Below, piece after piece: positions 54,743 through 64,000 of a DNA stretch of 64,000 nt (position 1 is the first letter of the stretch; each line of letters begins with the position of its first letter). Where the stretch lies: contig JBDTCO010000087.1 in assembly GCA_039923495.1 (NCBI GenBank), positions 14,404 through 78,403 of the forward strand, given 5' to 3'. The stretch is from Polyangia bacterium (GTDB taxonomy: Bacteria; Myxococcota_A; Polyangia; Palsa-1104). The notes below the pieces were generated by a model, which saw only the letters and a list, made by a program, of their open reading frames with translations, was not told the DNA's origin and searched no databases. A program made the translations under genes and the position numbers.

Positions 54743-55858
54743 CTAGGCGCTGTCGTCTTCGTCGCCGACGGTCGCCGGTAGCGCAGGCATCATCATGCTC
54801 GCGGTCGCGTCGGTGCCGTGCTCGAGGCGCTGCTTCACGCGCTCGTGCTGGCGCTGCTTGTAGAGCGTGTGGCTGTTCTCGCCGGCCTCGTTTGCCTGCG
54901 CCGTCTCGGCATCGGTGATCTGGAACTCCGTCAGGATGAAGCACACGGCGCCGAGATTCCGTGAGAGGCCGGGGAAGCGCTCGAGCACCGAGTCGATGCG
55001 CACGGGCAGGTCGGCGACGAAGTTGATGATGCGGTAGCTCGGGCCCGAAAACTCGTTCTCCGGCCCGCGCGCGATCTCCTCCATGTGGAGATCGGCCTGC
55101 AGTCGATCGGCGTGGCGCGCGAGGGACGGCGTCGCCTCGACGAGTTGACGGAACGAGAAGATCCCGTTCACCGACTCGCCGGGTACGATGTAGTTGAACG
55201 GCACGAGCCGCTGCACGAGCTCGTGGAGCAGCGCGACGAGATCGTGCCGTGTCCGCACGATCATGCGGAACCGCAGCTTGTCGAAGACGTTGGCCGCGAT
55301 GTTCGTCTTCTTCGCGAGCAGCTTCGTCACGATGGAGTCGCGCTCTTTACGACTCCACGCGAACTCGACGATGGGATGGCCGAGCGCGCGCAGCTCCTCG
55401 ACGACGCGGACCACCTTGTTCTCGACGAAGCCGAAGAGCTCGTCATCGGCAATCGGTAGCGACAGCAGCATCTCGCGACCGGCCAGGTGATGGACGACGT
55501 GCATGACCTTCAAGACGATGCACGCATACGTCTGCTCGCGGCCGCGCGACGAGGCGAGCAGGAACAGATCGGGGACGGGGAGGTCCTGCGCGACGGACTG
55601 CGGGATGCGATACCCGAAGTTCCGCACGAGGTACTCGACGGCCTCCTCGCGCAGATCGTCGAGGCGATCGCGATCGGCCTCGACCGTCATGTCGAACTCG
55701 TTGAGGCGCAGGAAGCGATCGACCTCGGCGTGGTGCGCGAAGGCGAGCTTGTGCCAGTCCACGACCGAGCCACCGTGCAGCAGCAGGCGGATGGACTCGA
55801 CGTCCGCGAGGGAAGCCTGTCCGAGCAGGTCCGGTGATGCTGAGTGGCGCTCGCTCAT
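54743..55858 (-). CDS. conserved hypothetical protein
   Basis: Protein-like 371-aa ORF (…FGYRIPQSVAQDLPVPDLFLLASSRGREQTYACIVLKVMHVVHHLAGREM…); no catalytic motif recognised. Confidence 0.7.
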   Translation of the reverse strand: MSERHSASPDLLGQASLADVESIRLLLHGGSVVDWHKLAFAHHAEVDRFLRLNEFDMTVEADRDRLDDLREEAVEYLVRNFGYRIPQSVAQDLPVPDLFLLASSRGREQTYACIVLKVMHVVHHLAGREMLLSLPIADDELFGFVENKVVRVVEELRALGHPIVEFAWSRKERDSIVTKLLAKKTNIAANVFDKLRFRMIVRTRHDLVALLHELVQRLVPFNYIVPGESVNGIFSFRQLVEATPSLARHADRLQADLHMEEIARGPENEFSGPSYRIINFVADLPVRIDSVLERFPGLSRNLGAVCFILTEFQITDAETAQANEAGENSHTLYKQRQHERVKQRLEHGTDATASMMMPALPATVGDEDDSA

Positions 55859-55935
55859 CGACGGTGCGCACCCAGAGGGTCCGCCGGACGCCTTTTTAGC
55901 GCCACGGGCGCGAGGGATACAACCGCAATCGGTGC

Positions 55936-56025
55936 CTAGCGACGGACCTTCGAGAGGTTGATCGTGGCGAGAAAGAGCGAGACCGTGACGAAGAGGAGAG
56001 TGGCGTTACCGACGACGACGGCCAT
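55936..56025 (-). CDS. candidate small hydrophobic protein (29 aa, single TM) upstream of the 54743..55858 gene
   Basis: MAVVVGNATLLFVTVSLFLATINLSKVRR; GGAG 6 nt before ATG; 25/29 codons end in G/C even for F, N, I, K. Confidence 0.35.
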   Translation of the reverse strand: MAVVVGNATLLFVTVSLFLATINLSKVRR

Positions 56026-56201
56026 GGGGTGCTCCACGTTGGGGCGACGGGCTGCGCTATGGAGGGGACGCGCGCAGTAGTATATTTGCCTACAGTGCCG
56101 CACCCCCACGCACATCGCTACTTTTAGCGCGCGATTCGTTCTACTCGGGGATCCAGAGGCACCTCCCCGGCATTCGTAGAGCCTCGTGGTAGAGTGCGAA
56201 G

Positions 56202-57815
56202 ATGCGACGCGTCGTCGGTATCCTCGGCTTCGGCATCTGCCTCACCTGCGGGCTCTCGCCCCGGTTGTCGATCCCGTCGGCCTGCGCGGACTCGCCGGCG
56301 GACGTCGACGCGCTGGCCGCGCTGGGTAGAGCGATCGACGCGAGCCCGAGCCCGGTGACCTACGACGCGTACGCGCAGGCTGCATTCCGCGCGCACCGCT
56401 GGGGCGACGCGGTCGCGCGGTTGAAGGTCGGCACCGCCGAGCTGCCTGCGTATCACCAGGGCTGGTACAAGCTCGCCTACGCGTATCGCCAGCAGCACGC
56501 GTTCGGGGAGGCCGCCGCGGCGTATCGCAAGTTTGCCGAGCTCGAGCCGGCGCAGGCGGACCCGTACTTCGGCCTCGGCGCGGCGCTCGAGGGCATCGGG
56601 GACAGGGCCGGCGCGATCGAAGCCTACCGTCGTTACATCGAGCTCGAGAAGGCGCCCGGCAAGCAGCGGTTCGTCGACCAGGCCCGCGCTCAGATCGACA
56701 AGCTGGGGCCGTCGCCGGGCGCCCCGACGCTCACGGTAGCGTCTTCCGTCCCGCCGCCCATGACACCGCCGCCGGTCTTGCGCGATCCCACGCCGCCGCC
56801 GGTGACGCCTCCGCCGCTTCTGCCCGCGCTGCAGTCGCCCGTCGCCGCGGTGCCGGCGGCGAGCTCGATCCAGCTCCGCGCCGAGGCCGACCGGCTCCGC
56901 CGCGCAGGCAAGCTCCCCGAGGCGGCCAAGGCCTTCGAGCGTGCGCTCGCGGCGGATCCCGGAAACCTCGATCTGCACGTCGAGCTCGGTGACATCTACT
57001 TCGCGCAGAAGCGCTACCCCGAGGCTGCGCGGGTCTTCCGCGCGTCGGTGGACCGCGACGCAGGGTACGCGCTCGGCTGGTACAACCTCGCGCACGCCGA
57101 GGCGCAGGCGGGGGATCAGAAGGGCGCGATCCAGTCGTACCGCGCGTACATCCGCCTCCGTCCGTCCGATCCTGATCCGTATTATGGCCTCGGTCACGCG
57201 TGCAAGGCGGCGGGTGATCGCGACGGCGCTATCGAGGCGTTCCGATCGTACCTGCAGATGGAGCGACGGCCCGAGCTGCAGCGCTGGATCGATCGTGCGC
57301 GCAAGGAGCTCCGCGACCTCGGCGGCACGGAAGCGCGCAACGAGCTCCGCGACCTCATGGATCCCTTCGATCGAGCGCGCGGCCACGACCTCAAGAACCC
57401 ATTCGCGGATCGTCCGGCCTACGCCTCGAACGACGATCTCCTGCCGGCGTACGAAGGGGTGCTCGAGAGCGCGCATCTACGCCTCGCGCGCGAGCTCGCG
57501 GCCGACGACATCCTGCCGGTCCATCTCGGCGATGGGCTCGACGACGACGACCTTGCCCCCGTCGACGCGCACGTCCCCAAGGATCAGCGCGCGCGCCTCG
57601 CGCGCTACGCCACCGCGCTCGCCGCCTATCGCGGGGCGCTCGAGCACGAGGCCAACGAGGCCGCGCTCCTCTACCAGCGGGGCGCCGATCGCCTCATGGT
57701 CGCCGACCTCCGAGGGGCGCAGCGCGTGTGGACGCAGTCACCGACGGATCGCGCGATTGTCGAGGCTCGCCAGCGCCTCGACAAGGCGCGCGAGGCCATC
57801 GCAACGCCGCAGTAG
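56202..57815 (+). CDS. secreted TPR-repeat protein with Pro-rich linker
   Basis: Signal MRRVVGILGFGICLTCGLSP; multiple TPR units (WYKLAYAYRQQHAFGEAAAAYRKF..., WYNLAHAEAQAGDQKGAIQSYRAY...). Confidence 0.75.
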   Translation: MRRVVGILGFGICLTCGLSPRLSIPSACADSPADVDALAALGRAIDASPSPVTYDAYAQAAFRAHRWGDAVARLKVGTAELPAYHQGWYKLAYAYRQQHAFGEAAAAYRKFAELEPAQADPYFGLGAALEGIGDRAGAIEAYRRYIELEKAPGKQRFVDQARAQIDKLGPSPGAPTLTVASSVPPPMTPPPVLRDPTPPPVTPPPLLPALQSPVAAVPAASSIQLRAEADRLRRAGKLPEAAKAFERALAADPGNLDLHVELGDIYFAQKRYPEAARVFRASVDRDAGYALGWYNLAHAEAQAGDQKGAIQSYRAYIRLRPSDPDPYYGLGHACKAAGDRDGAIEAFRSYLQMERRPELQRWIDRARKELRDLGGTEARNELRDLMDPFDRARGHDLKNPFADRPAYASNDDLLPAYEGVLESAHLRLARELAADDILPVHLGDGLDDDDLAPVDAHVPKDQRARLARYATALAAYRGALEHEANEAALLYQRGADRLMVADLRGAQRVWTQSPTDRAIVEARQRLDKAREAIATPQ

Positions 57816-57832
57816 CTTCTCGACCGCAGGCG

Positions 57833-59593
57833 TCAGCGTCGCTTGCGGGAGCGGCCGGTCGCGAGCGCGCCGAGCAAGCACAGCGCGAAGAGGCCGGTCA
57901 CGCCGAACGCGACATGCGCCTCCGATGTGTGACCGCGCTCGTCGAACAGCATGCCGAGCACCGCGCCCGTGATGGTGAGCGCCGTGTAGATGAGCTGGTG
58001 GCCGAGCGCGTACATCGTACGCGTGTGATCCTCCATCGATCGCACGCGGACCTCGAGCTCGCCGCGCTGCGCACGCTGCAGAAACTTCTTCAGCTCGGCG
58101 GGCAGCGCGAACGCCGCCGCTGCGACGTCCTTCGTGGCGTCCAGCATGAACGACGACCAGTCCTTGTCGTCGCCGAGCACGAACTCTTCCATGTACGGTC
58201 TGATGACGCCCATCGGGTTGAGCGTCGGATCGAGCTCGGTGCACAGCCCCATGAGGAGCAGCACCGTGCGCTCCAGCATGATCCACTCCTTGGGGACGTG
58301 GAAGTGGTCCATGAGGTCGCGCAGCGAGACGTTCATCGATCGCAGATCGGCGAGGTTCTGCAGCGACTTCTGCGGATCGAACTTCACGTCCTTCAGCGAG
58401 AAGCTCTCGAAGTGGATGTCCTCGTGGAGCTTCTCGTGGAAGAAGTCGACGACCTTGTCGAAGATGGCGGTGTCCGCGCCCCGCGCGATGAAGCCCATGC
58501 GCTTCATCGCCGCGACGACGCGAGGCGTGTCGCGCGTGACGGCGCCCTGGATGACGTCGACGATGCCCTGGCGCATGTTGGGCGACACCTCGGCGACCGC
58601 GCCGAAGTCGATGAAGACGACGGTGACCTCGCCCGGGACGCCGCTCGGCGCAGCCCGGATGAGCAGGTTTCCGGGGTGCGGATCGGCGTGATAGACGCCG
58701 TCGGTGAAGATCTGCTTGCAGTAGGCCTGCACGACCTGGCTCGCGAGCGTGCGCCGGTCGACCCCGAGCGCCACGAGCTTGCTACGATCCGAGATCTTCA
58801 CGCCGTCGATCCACGTGGTCGTGAGCACGCGCGACGTCGAGAGCTCGGACAGCACCGCGGGGAACGCGACGTCGGTGCGTCCGTCGAAGTTCCCCGCGAT
58901 GCGTTGTAGATTCTCGGCCTCGCCGCGGAAGTCGAGCTCCGCGAGGATCATCTGCCGGATCTCGCGGTAGACGCCCTGGAAGCCGTGATACGGCGCGAAC
59001 CAGCCGAGCACGCGGAACACGAAGCGCAGCACCTTGAGGTCGCTCGCGACGAGCTCCTCCACGTCGGGATACTGCACCTTCACCGCGACGGCCTCACCCG
59101 TCTTGAGCCTCGCGCGGTGCACCTGACCGATCGATGCGGACGCGACCGGGTGCTCGTCGAACTCGGCGAACAGGTCGCGTGGGTTGTTCCCCAGCTCCTC
59201 GCGGATGCGATGCTCGATGTCCACGTACGGCCGCGGCGGCACCTGATCCTGTAGACCCTCGAGCTGCCGGCGGAACTCCTCCGGCAAGAAATTGGTCATG
59301 ATGCTGATGAGCTGACCGACCTTGAGGAAGAGGCCCTGCAGCTTCGCGATCGTGCGCTCGATGCGCCGCGCGTTGCGGAGGTGCGCGTCGCGCCACAGCA
59401 GGTCCGCCGCTTCACCGGAGCGATACCGCGTGCGCCAGCCGGTCGCGATGTAGGAAAACGCGACGCGAAACGTCGTGTAGTACGCGAACAGGACACGCGA
59501 CGAGCCGCGCGGTGGATAGACGGGCACGCGTGCGGTCTGGACGGCGGACACCGCGACCTGCGGTTCGGCCAGCGTCTGCGTCGGAGGAGCCAC
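57833..59593 (-). CDS. ABC1/UbiB-family atypical protein kinase
   Basis: ASASIGQVHRARLKTGEAVAVKVQYP...; ADPHPGNLLI; IDFG; two C-terminal TM helices. Confidence 0.85.
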   Translation of the reverse strand: MAPPTQTLAEPQVAVSAVQTARVPVYPPRGSSRVLFAYYTTFRVAFSYIATGWRTRYRSGEAADLLWRDAHLRNARRIERTIAKLQGLFLKVGQLISIMTNFLPEEFRRQLEGLQDQVPPRPYVDIEHRIREELGNNPRDLFAEFDEHPVASASIGQVHRARLKTGEAVAVKVQYPDVEELVASDLKVLRFVFRVLGWFAPYHGFQGVYREIRQMILAELDFRGEAENLQRIAGNFDGRTDVAFPAVLSELSTSRVLTTTWIDGVKISDRSKLVALGVDRRTLASQVVQAYCKQIFTDGVYHADPHPGNLLIRAAPSGVPGEVTVVFIDFGAVAEVSPNMRQGIVDVIQGAVTRDTPRVVAAMKRMGFIARGADTAIFDKVVDFFHEKLHEDIHFESFSLKDVKFDPQKSLQNLADLRSMNVSLRDLMDHFHVPKEWIMLERTVLLLMGLCTELDPTLNPMGVIRPYMEEFVLGDDKDWSSFMLDATKDVAAAAFALPAELKKFLQRAQRGELEVRVRSMEDHTRTMYALGHQLIYTALTITGAVLGMLFDERGHTSEAHVAFGVTGLFALCLLGALATGRSRKRR

Positions 59594-59629
59594 GGCCGGA
59601 GTCTACCATCGTGGTAGGCTGGCCGGACC

Positions 59630-60094
59630 ATGAGCAACGCCGACGACAAGACCGAGGGCGCAGCCGCCTCGAAGGACGGAGCCAAGGACGGAGCCAAGGA
59701 AGAGGACGACGCCGGGCTGCGCAAGCGCCTCGAGCAATTCATCCCCGACATCCTGCGACGCACGGTGCTGGGCGGCATCGGCGCCGTGTTCGCCTCCGAG
59801 GAGGCCGTCCGCAAGATCGCCGGCGAGGTGCACCTGCCGAAGGATGTCGTGAACTTTCTCCTTCAGCAGGCGACGAACAGCAAGGACGAGGTCCTGCGCG
59901 TCGTCGGCAAGGAGGTCCGTCACTTCCTCGAGTCGGCCAACCTGTCGCAGGAGATGGCGAAGATGCTGACGCAGCTCTCGCTCGAGGTGAAGACGGAGGT
60001 CCGCTTCATCCCCAATGACGAGGCCGTCGGTGGCGTGAAGCCGGACATGAAGCAGAAGATGTCGCTCAAGCGGAAGAGCGAGAAGGCAAGCTAG
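59630..60094 (+). CDS. hypothetical protein (charged N-terminus, helical)
   Basis: MSNADDKTEGAAASKDGAKDGAKEEDD...; protein-like, 36 bp divergent from ABC1 kinase gene. Confidence 0.6.
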   Translation: MSNADDKTEGAAASKDGAKDGAKEEDDAGLRKRLEQFIPDILRRTVLGGIGAVFASEEAVRKIAGEVHLPKDVVNFLLQQATNSKDEVLRVVGKEVRHFLESANLSQEMAKMLTQLSLEVKTEVRFIPNDEAVGGVKPDMKQKMSLKRKSEKAS

Positions 60095-60175
60095 GTCCCA
60101 CTCGAGGCGCCCCGAGCCGCCGCCGCGCATCAGCTGCGGAGCAAGCTGCTCCGATGAGTCGTTGCATGCGCCGCT

Positions 60176-60703
60176 CTACGGACGCTTTGCCGTCCCGAGG
60201 ATGTGCTCGAGCGCGGGCTCGAGCGCGGTGCTGTCGGCTGGTGCGCTGCCGACGACGCAGGTGAGGTGCGCGGACAGCGCCGCGCACAGCATGATCTGCC
60301 GGCCACCCAGCGCGCTCTGCACCTCGTCGACGAAGCGCACGGCCCGTAGCGCGCCGATGCGCGTCTGCTCGACGCGACGAACCCCCGTCGCGGGCACGCC
60401 CCAGCTCGCGCGGTTGCGGATGCGCTTGTCGCGCCACACGGTGCCCTGCGCCTCGACGTCGCCGTCCGTGGTGTGTGCGTTCGACAGCAGCACGTGGAAG
60501 CGCATGCCGGCGAGCGATCCCGACGCGGGCGGCACCACCTCGAGCGCCGCCTCGGCCGCCACGTCGCTGACCTCGGTGACCCGCGCGCCCCGAGGGACGC
60601 TCATGGAGATGCGCGGCCCGTCGTAGCGCTGGTCGTCGTGTTTGTCGGGAGCGGCGATCGCGGTGCCGCCGAAAAAACAGACGACCGCGACCGCCGCACG
60701 CAT
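60176..60703 (-). CDS. secreted hypothetical protein
   Basis: Signal MRAAVAVVCFFGGTAIAAP; ATG immediately follows the cyclophilin stop (TAGATG). Confidence 0.6.
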   Translation of the reverse strand: MRAAVAVVCFFGGTAIAAPDKHDDQRYDGPRISMSVPRGARVTEVSDVAAEAALEVVPPASGSLAGMRFHVLLSNAHTTDGDVEAQGTVWRDKRIRNRASWGVPATGVRRVEQTRIGALRAVRFVDEVQSALGGRQIMLCAALSAHLTCVVGSAPADSTALEPALEHILGTAKRP

Positions 60704-61387
60704 CTACTTCTTGCTCTTGCGCGCGCCGGCGGGGCCGCGGCTGATGGTGACCTTCTTGATGGTCAGCGTCTCGTTCGGACGATCGTGCACCGACGGGACA
60801 CTGGTCATCTTCTTCACGAGATCGGCCGGCTCGCACTGGCCGAAGATCGTGTGACGGCCGTTGAGCCACGGCGTCGCCTTCTCGGTGATGAAGAACTGCG
60901 AGCCGTTGGTGTGCGGGCCGGAGTTGGCCATCGCGAGCACGCCGGGCTTGTCCATCTTCAGCGTGTCGACGAACTCGTCCTCGAACTGGTAGCCGGGGTT
61001 GCCGGTGCCAGTGCCGAGCGGATCGCCGCCCTGGACCATGAAGTCCGGGATGACACGATGGAAGACGAGGCCGTCGTAGAAGGCCTTTTTCTCCCACGCC
61101 TTCGTCGTCGGGTTGAAGAACGGTCGTGTGCCGCGCGCGAGGCCGACGAAGTTCGCGACGGTCTTTGGCGCCTGCTTCTCGAAGAGCTCGCAGGTGAACG
61201 AGCCGAACGGCTTGCCCGCCTGCTCGACGTCGAGCTTCGCGACGAGGGGGCCGGTGCCCTTCATGCCCTTCGTGGCGTCCTCGACGGTGATGGTGTGCGT
61301 GGCGACGGGATCGGGCGCTGCCTGCGCGTATGCGAGCGCGGGCAGGGCAGGGATGGCGAACAGCGCGAGGGTGAAGACAGTTTTCAT
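60704..61387 (-). CDS. periplasmic peptidyl-prolyl cis-trans isomerase (cyclophilin type)
   Basis: Signal [49 protein letters not shown], cyclophilin signature. Confidence 0.9.
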   Translation of the reverse strand: MKTVFTLALFAIPALPALAYAQAAPDPVATHTITVEDATKGMKGTGPLVAKLDVEQAGKPFGSFTCELFEKQAPKTVANFVGLARGTRPFFNPTTKAWEKKAFYDGLVFHRVIPDFMVQGGDPLGTGTGNPGYQFEDEFVDTLKMDKPGVLAMANSGPHTNGSQFFITEKATPWLNGRHTIFGQCEPADLVKKMTSVPSVHDRPNETLTIKKVTISRGPAGARKSKK

Positions 61388-61403
61388 GGGTAAAGGGCTC
61401 CTA

Positions 61404-61877
61404 TCAGGGCGAGACGCCGGGGACGCCGGTGAAGCGGACGCTCGTGCCAGGCTCGATGCCGTGGCTCTTGGCCCATCCGCCGGGGACCTCGACGACGAAT
61501 TGTGTCGGTGCGTCGGGACCACGCGGCGTCTCGGTGAGAGGCTCCGCGCGGTCTTCGACGTAGACGACACGACGATCCGCCCCGACGAAGATCATGTCGA
61601 GAGGGATGTACGTGTTGTGCATCCAGAACTTGTGAGGAGAGATCTCCGGGAAGACGAAGACCATCCCGGTGCCGGGCGCGAGCGCGCGGCGATCCATGAG
61701 CCCGCGAGCCCGCGAAGGTTCGTCGAGCGCAAGCTCGACAGCGACGTGCACCTCCGCATGGCTCGAGAGCAGGAACGTGATGTCCGCTCTCGAGCTCTGC
61801 GTGGCGCTACGTGGAGCCGCAGTACAGGCGGCCAGAAACTGAGAAGCGAGGAACAGCAAGCCGGGTCGGACCGACAT
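61404..61877 (-). CDS. DUF192-family lipoprotein
   Basis: Lipobox [22 protein letters not shown]...[15 protein letters not shown]...VVEVPGGW typical DUF192/COG1430. Confidence 0.7.
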   Translation of the reverse strand: MSVRPGLLFLASQFLAACTAAPRSATQSSRADITFLLSSHAEVHVAVELALDEPSRARGLMDRRALAPGTGMVFVFPEISPHKFWMHNTYIPLDMIFVGADRRVVYVEDRAEPLTETPRGPDAPTQFVVEVPGGWAKSHGIEPGTSVRFTGVPGVSP

Positions 61878-62527
61878 TACATGTCGGAGCCGCCGTCAGC
61901 GTCGGCCGTGTTGTCGTAGTCGTACGAGAACGTGAACGCGGAGACCGTGAGGCAGGCGCCGTTTGCCTTGGGCGCGTCGGCCATCTGGTCGTACTCGACG
62001 AAGTGGGTCGGCGTCGTGGATGCGACGGCGACCGTGCCCGTCGGCGTGCCGTGGTCGCGCTTCGTGACGCTGATCGAGCCACTGTCTGCGAAGAAGAACG
62101 TCCCGGACGCCGAGTCGTTCGGGTCGACGTCCTTGTAGACGTACAGGCAGTCTGTGCAGTCCTTGTACGACTTGATCTTGCTGAGATCGAGCGTGGTCGG
62201 GGTCGTCGCTGGCGGGCTGCCCGTGACCTGGTAGAAGTCGTACTCGAGGACGTCGGCCAGCATGCCCGTTCCGGCCTGATAACCGTACGCGCCCTCTTCG
62301 TAGTCGTAGCCCTTGAGGTCGCCCTCACCTTCGTACGCGCCGCCCTGATCGGTCGCCCACGCGCCGTATGTCGTGCATGCTCCGCCGCCGCCGTCGGGCT
62401 TGACGCCGGCGTCGCCGCCCTTGACTGCCATGTCGGTGCTGGCCTTTTTGCCGCCACCACCACCGCAGGCGATGAGCGACGTCGCGAGGATCGCGGAGCC
62501 GAGGATCTTGACGAGCGAAATGTTCAT
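61877..62527 (-). CDS. Gly/Thr/Asp-rich lipoprotein
   Basis: AGGAGG RBS on the minus strand before ATG; MNISLVKILGSAILATSLIACGGGGG lipobox; stop overlaps the downstream ATG (TAATG). Confidence 0.65.
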   Translation of the reverse strand: MNISLVKILGSAILATSLIACGGGGGKKASTDMAVKGGDAGVKPDGGGGACTTYGAWATDQGGAYEGEGDLKGYDYEEGAYGYQAGTGMLADVLEYDFYQVTGSPPATTPTTLDLSKIKSYKDCTDCLYVYKDVDPNDSASGTFFFADSGSISVTKRDHGTPTGTVAVASTTPTHFVEYDQMADAPKANGACLTVSAFTFSYDYDNTADADGGSDM

Positions 62528-62600
62528 AAGGACGCCTCCTGAAATAAGGTCTTGAGACCGACGCGGAAGCGCCGCCACGGAGCGAATACCACGTGTTGCG

Positions 62601-63350
62601 ATGCTCGGTAAAACGAAATGGTACGATGCGAACGTGGCCTCCTCGATCCTCGTTGTGACGACGGTGTCGCCGGATCGCATGACCGCTGCCGACGTCGACT
62701 TGTTAGCTCCAGTGATCGTCGTGCCTCGTTTCGCGGACATGAAGCGCGCGCTCGTCGGGCTCGGGCAGGTCCGTACGCTGACGCTCACCAGTGGCCACGC
62801 GGTGGATGCGGTCGTCGGCGCACTCTTCGCGATGGGACACGACGTCCGCGCGCTCTTCGGCATCCGGATCGCCGCGGTGGGCGACGGCACCTCCGAGCGC
62901 CTGCAGCGCCACGGCCTCCGCGCGGATCTCGTGGCGCACGGTGGCGGCGCAGACCTCGCGCGCGAGCTGGTGGCGGCCGGCTTCGCTGGCCCGGTCCTGT
63001 ATCCGCGGGCGCTCGAGGGCCGTCCCGAGCTCGGCGACGCGCTGCGTACCGCCGGCCTTGCGGTCGAGGTCGTGCACGCCTACGAGACCCACCCCGACGG
63101 CCCATCCATCAAGGCCGCGCTCCTGCGTCACCACGAGGCGCCGTACGCCGCCGTGGGCTTCACGAGCCCGCGCGGAGCCGCCGCGGTCCTCGACGTCTTC
63201 GGCGCGCGCCTCGCTGGCTGCACCATCGGCGCGATCGGCGAGACCACGCGCGCGGCGCTCGTAGAGGCGGGCCTGCGCGACATCGTCGTGCCCGAAGTCC
63301 CGTCCGTGCTCGGGCTCATCGAGGTGCTGAGGGACGCGCTCGGCAGTTGA
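62601..63350 (+). CDS. hemD: uroporphyrinogen-III synthase
   Basis: HemD-like fold motifs (ILVVTT...AVG..T...L...G); start uncertain (ATG 62601 or GTG 62634). Confidence 0.7.
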   Translation: MLGKTKWYDANVASSILVVTTVSPDRMTAADVDLLAPVIVVPRFADMKRALVGLGQVRTLTLTSGHAVDAVVGALFAMGHDVRALFGIRIAAVGDGTSERLQRHGLRADLVAHGGGADLARELVAAGFAGPVLYPRALEGRPELGDALRTAGLAVEVVHAYETHPDGPSIKAALLRHHEAPYAAVGFTSPRGAAAVLDVFGARLAGCTIGAIGETTRAALVEAGLRDIVVPEVPSVLGLIEVLRDALGS

Positions 63351-63390
63351 TCCTGCCCTTGCCCGCGCAGTTGAGCTAGCGTATCGCCCG

Positions 63391-64000
63391 ATGTCTTCTC
63401 GCTCACCCCTCGTACGGCGCCCGCGCCGGCTGCGTCGCACCGACGCGCTCAGGCGTCTGGTGCGCGAGCTCCAGCTCTCGAAGAACGACCTCGTCTTCCC
63501 GATGTTCGTGGTGCCCGGAAAAGGCATCCGCCGCGCCATCAGCTCTCTGCCCGGTCAGTTCCAGGTCAGCGTGGACGAGGCGGTGGCCGACGCCGAGGAG
63601 TGCGAGGCGCTCGGCATCAACGCCGTCATCCTGTTCGGCGTCCCCGCAGACTCGGCCAAGGACGAAGTCGGCTCCGAGGCGTGGAACGACGAGGGCGAGG
63701 TGCAGCGCGCTTGCCGCGCCATCAAGCAGGCGTGCCCGGAGCTGGTCGTCATCATCGACACCTGCTTCGACGAGTACACTTCGCACGGCCACTGCGGCGT
63801 CGTGAAGAACGGCGACGTCGACAACGACGCCACGCTCGAGAACCTCGCCCGCGCCGCGCTCAGCCAGGCCTCGGCGGGCGCCGATCTCGTCGCGCCCTCG
63901 GGGATGATGGACGGCTTCGTCGGCGTCTGCCGCTCGGCGCTCGACGAGGCGGGCTTCCTCGACACCGGCATCCTCGCCTACTCCGTGAAGTACGCCTCGT
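63391..64000 (+). CDS. hemB: porphobilinogen synthase (delta-aminolevulinic acid dehydratase), N-terminal ~203 aa; continues beyond window
   Basis: RRLRRTDALRRLVRE, LVFPMFV, active-site region CFDEYTSHGHCG, VAPSGMMDG. Confidence 0.92.
   Translation, partial: MSSRSPLVRRPRRLRRTDALRRLVRELQLSKNDLVFPMFVVPGKGIRRAISSLPGQFQVSVDEAVADAEECEALGINAVILFGVPADSAKDEVGSEAWNDEGEVQRACRAIKQACPELVVIIDTCFDEYTSHGHCGVVKNGDVDNDATLENLARAALSQASAGADLVAPSGMMDGFVGVCRSALDEAGFLDTGILAYSVKYAS

Overview
The window is 64 kb of about 70 % GC chromosomal DNA, gene-dense on both strands, with no rRNA, tRNA, CRISPR array, transposase or integrase detected by eye. The gene content fits a myxobacterial-type (Myxococcota-like) genome; this is inferred from content only. 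I could call about 60 CDSs. Most high-GC antisense ORFs in the track were rejected as artefacts.

Features that point to that lineage:
- Five eukaryotic-like Ser/Thr kinases plus one ABC1 kinase, several carrying N-terminal zinc ribbons and C-terminal PEGA domains.
- An FHA-GGDEF diguanylate cyclase.
- Many TPR proteins and lipoproteins.

Recognisable housekeeping genes:
- aspS (5' part).
- guaB-guaA.
- mutL-miaA (ATGA start/stop overlap).
- tsaE, mtnP, apbE, hemD-hemB.
- A class-B-like PBP transpeptidase, a periplasmic cyclophilin, and M1, M16 and M23 peptidases.
- A YfhO-family membrane protein and a rhomboid protease.

Most interesting observations:
1. A small secreted prepropeptide at 29564..29767 has a C-terminal six-cysteine block with spacing C-x6-C-x5-CC-x3-C-x4-C. 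That spacing is near-identical to the inhibitor-cystine-knot / omega-conotoxin framework. It sits convergent with a zinc-ribbon rhomboid protease, and the pair is flanked by two LPP20-like secreted paralogues and a PEGA lipoprotein.
2. An intergenic degenerate tandem-repeat array (16-mer core AGCAGAAGGAGCAAGC, 5 copies) is followed by a double-hairpin bidirectional terminator.
3. A zinc-ribbon/TM gene at 35932..36641 appears to be frameshifted in a G-rich run.
4. A 29-codon hydrophobic ORF (55936..56025) has a strong RBS and strong GC3 bias.
5. A tightly coupled five-gene envelope operon lies downstream of an STK-PEGA kinase.
6. There are recurrent in-frame tandem repeats in kinase and acyltransferase linkers.

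All family and motif calls come from reading the sequence, not from database searches.
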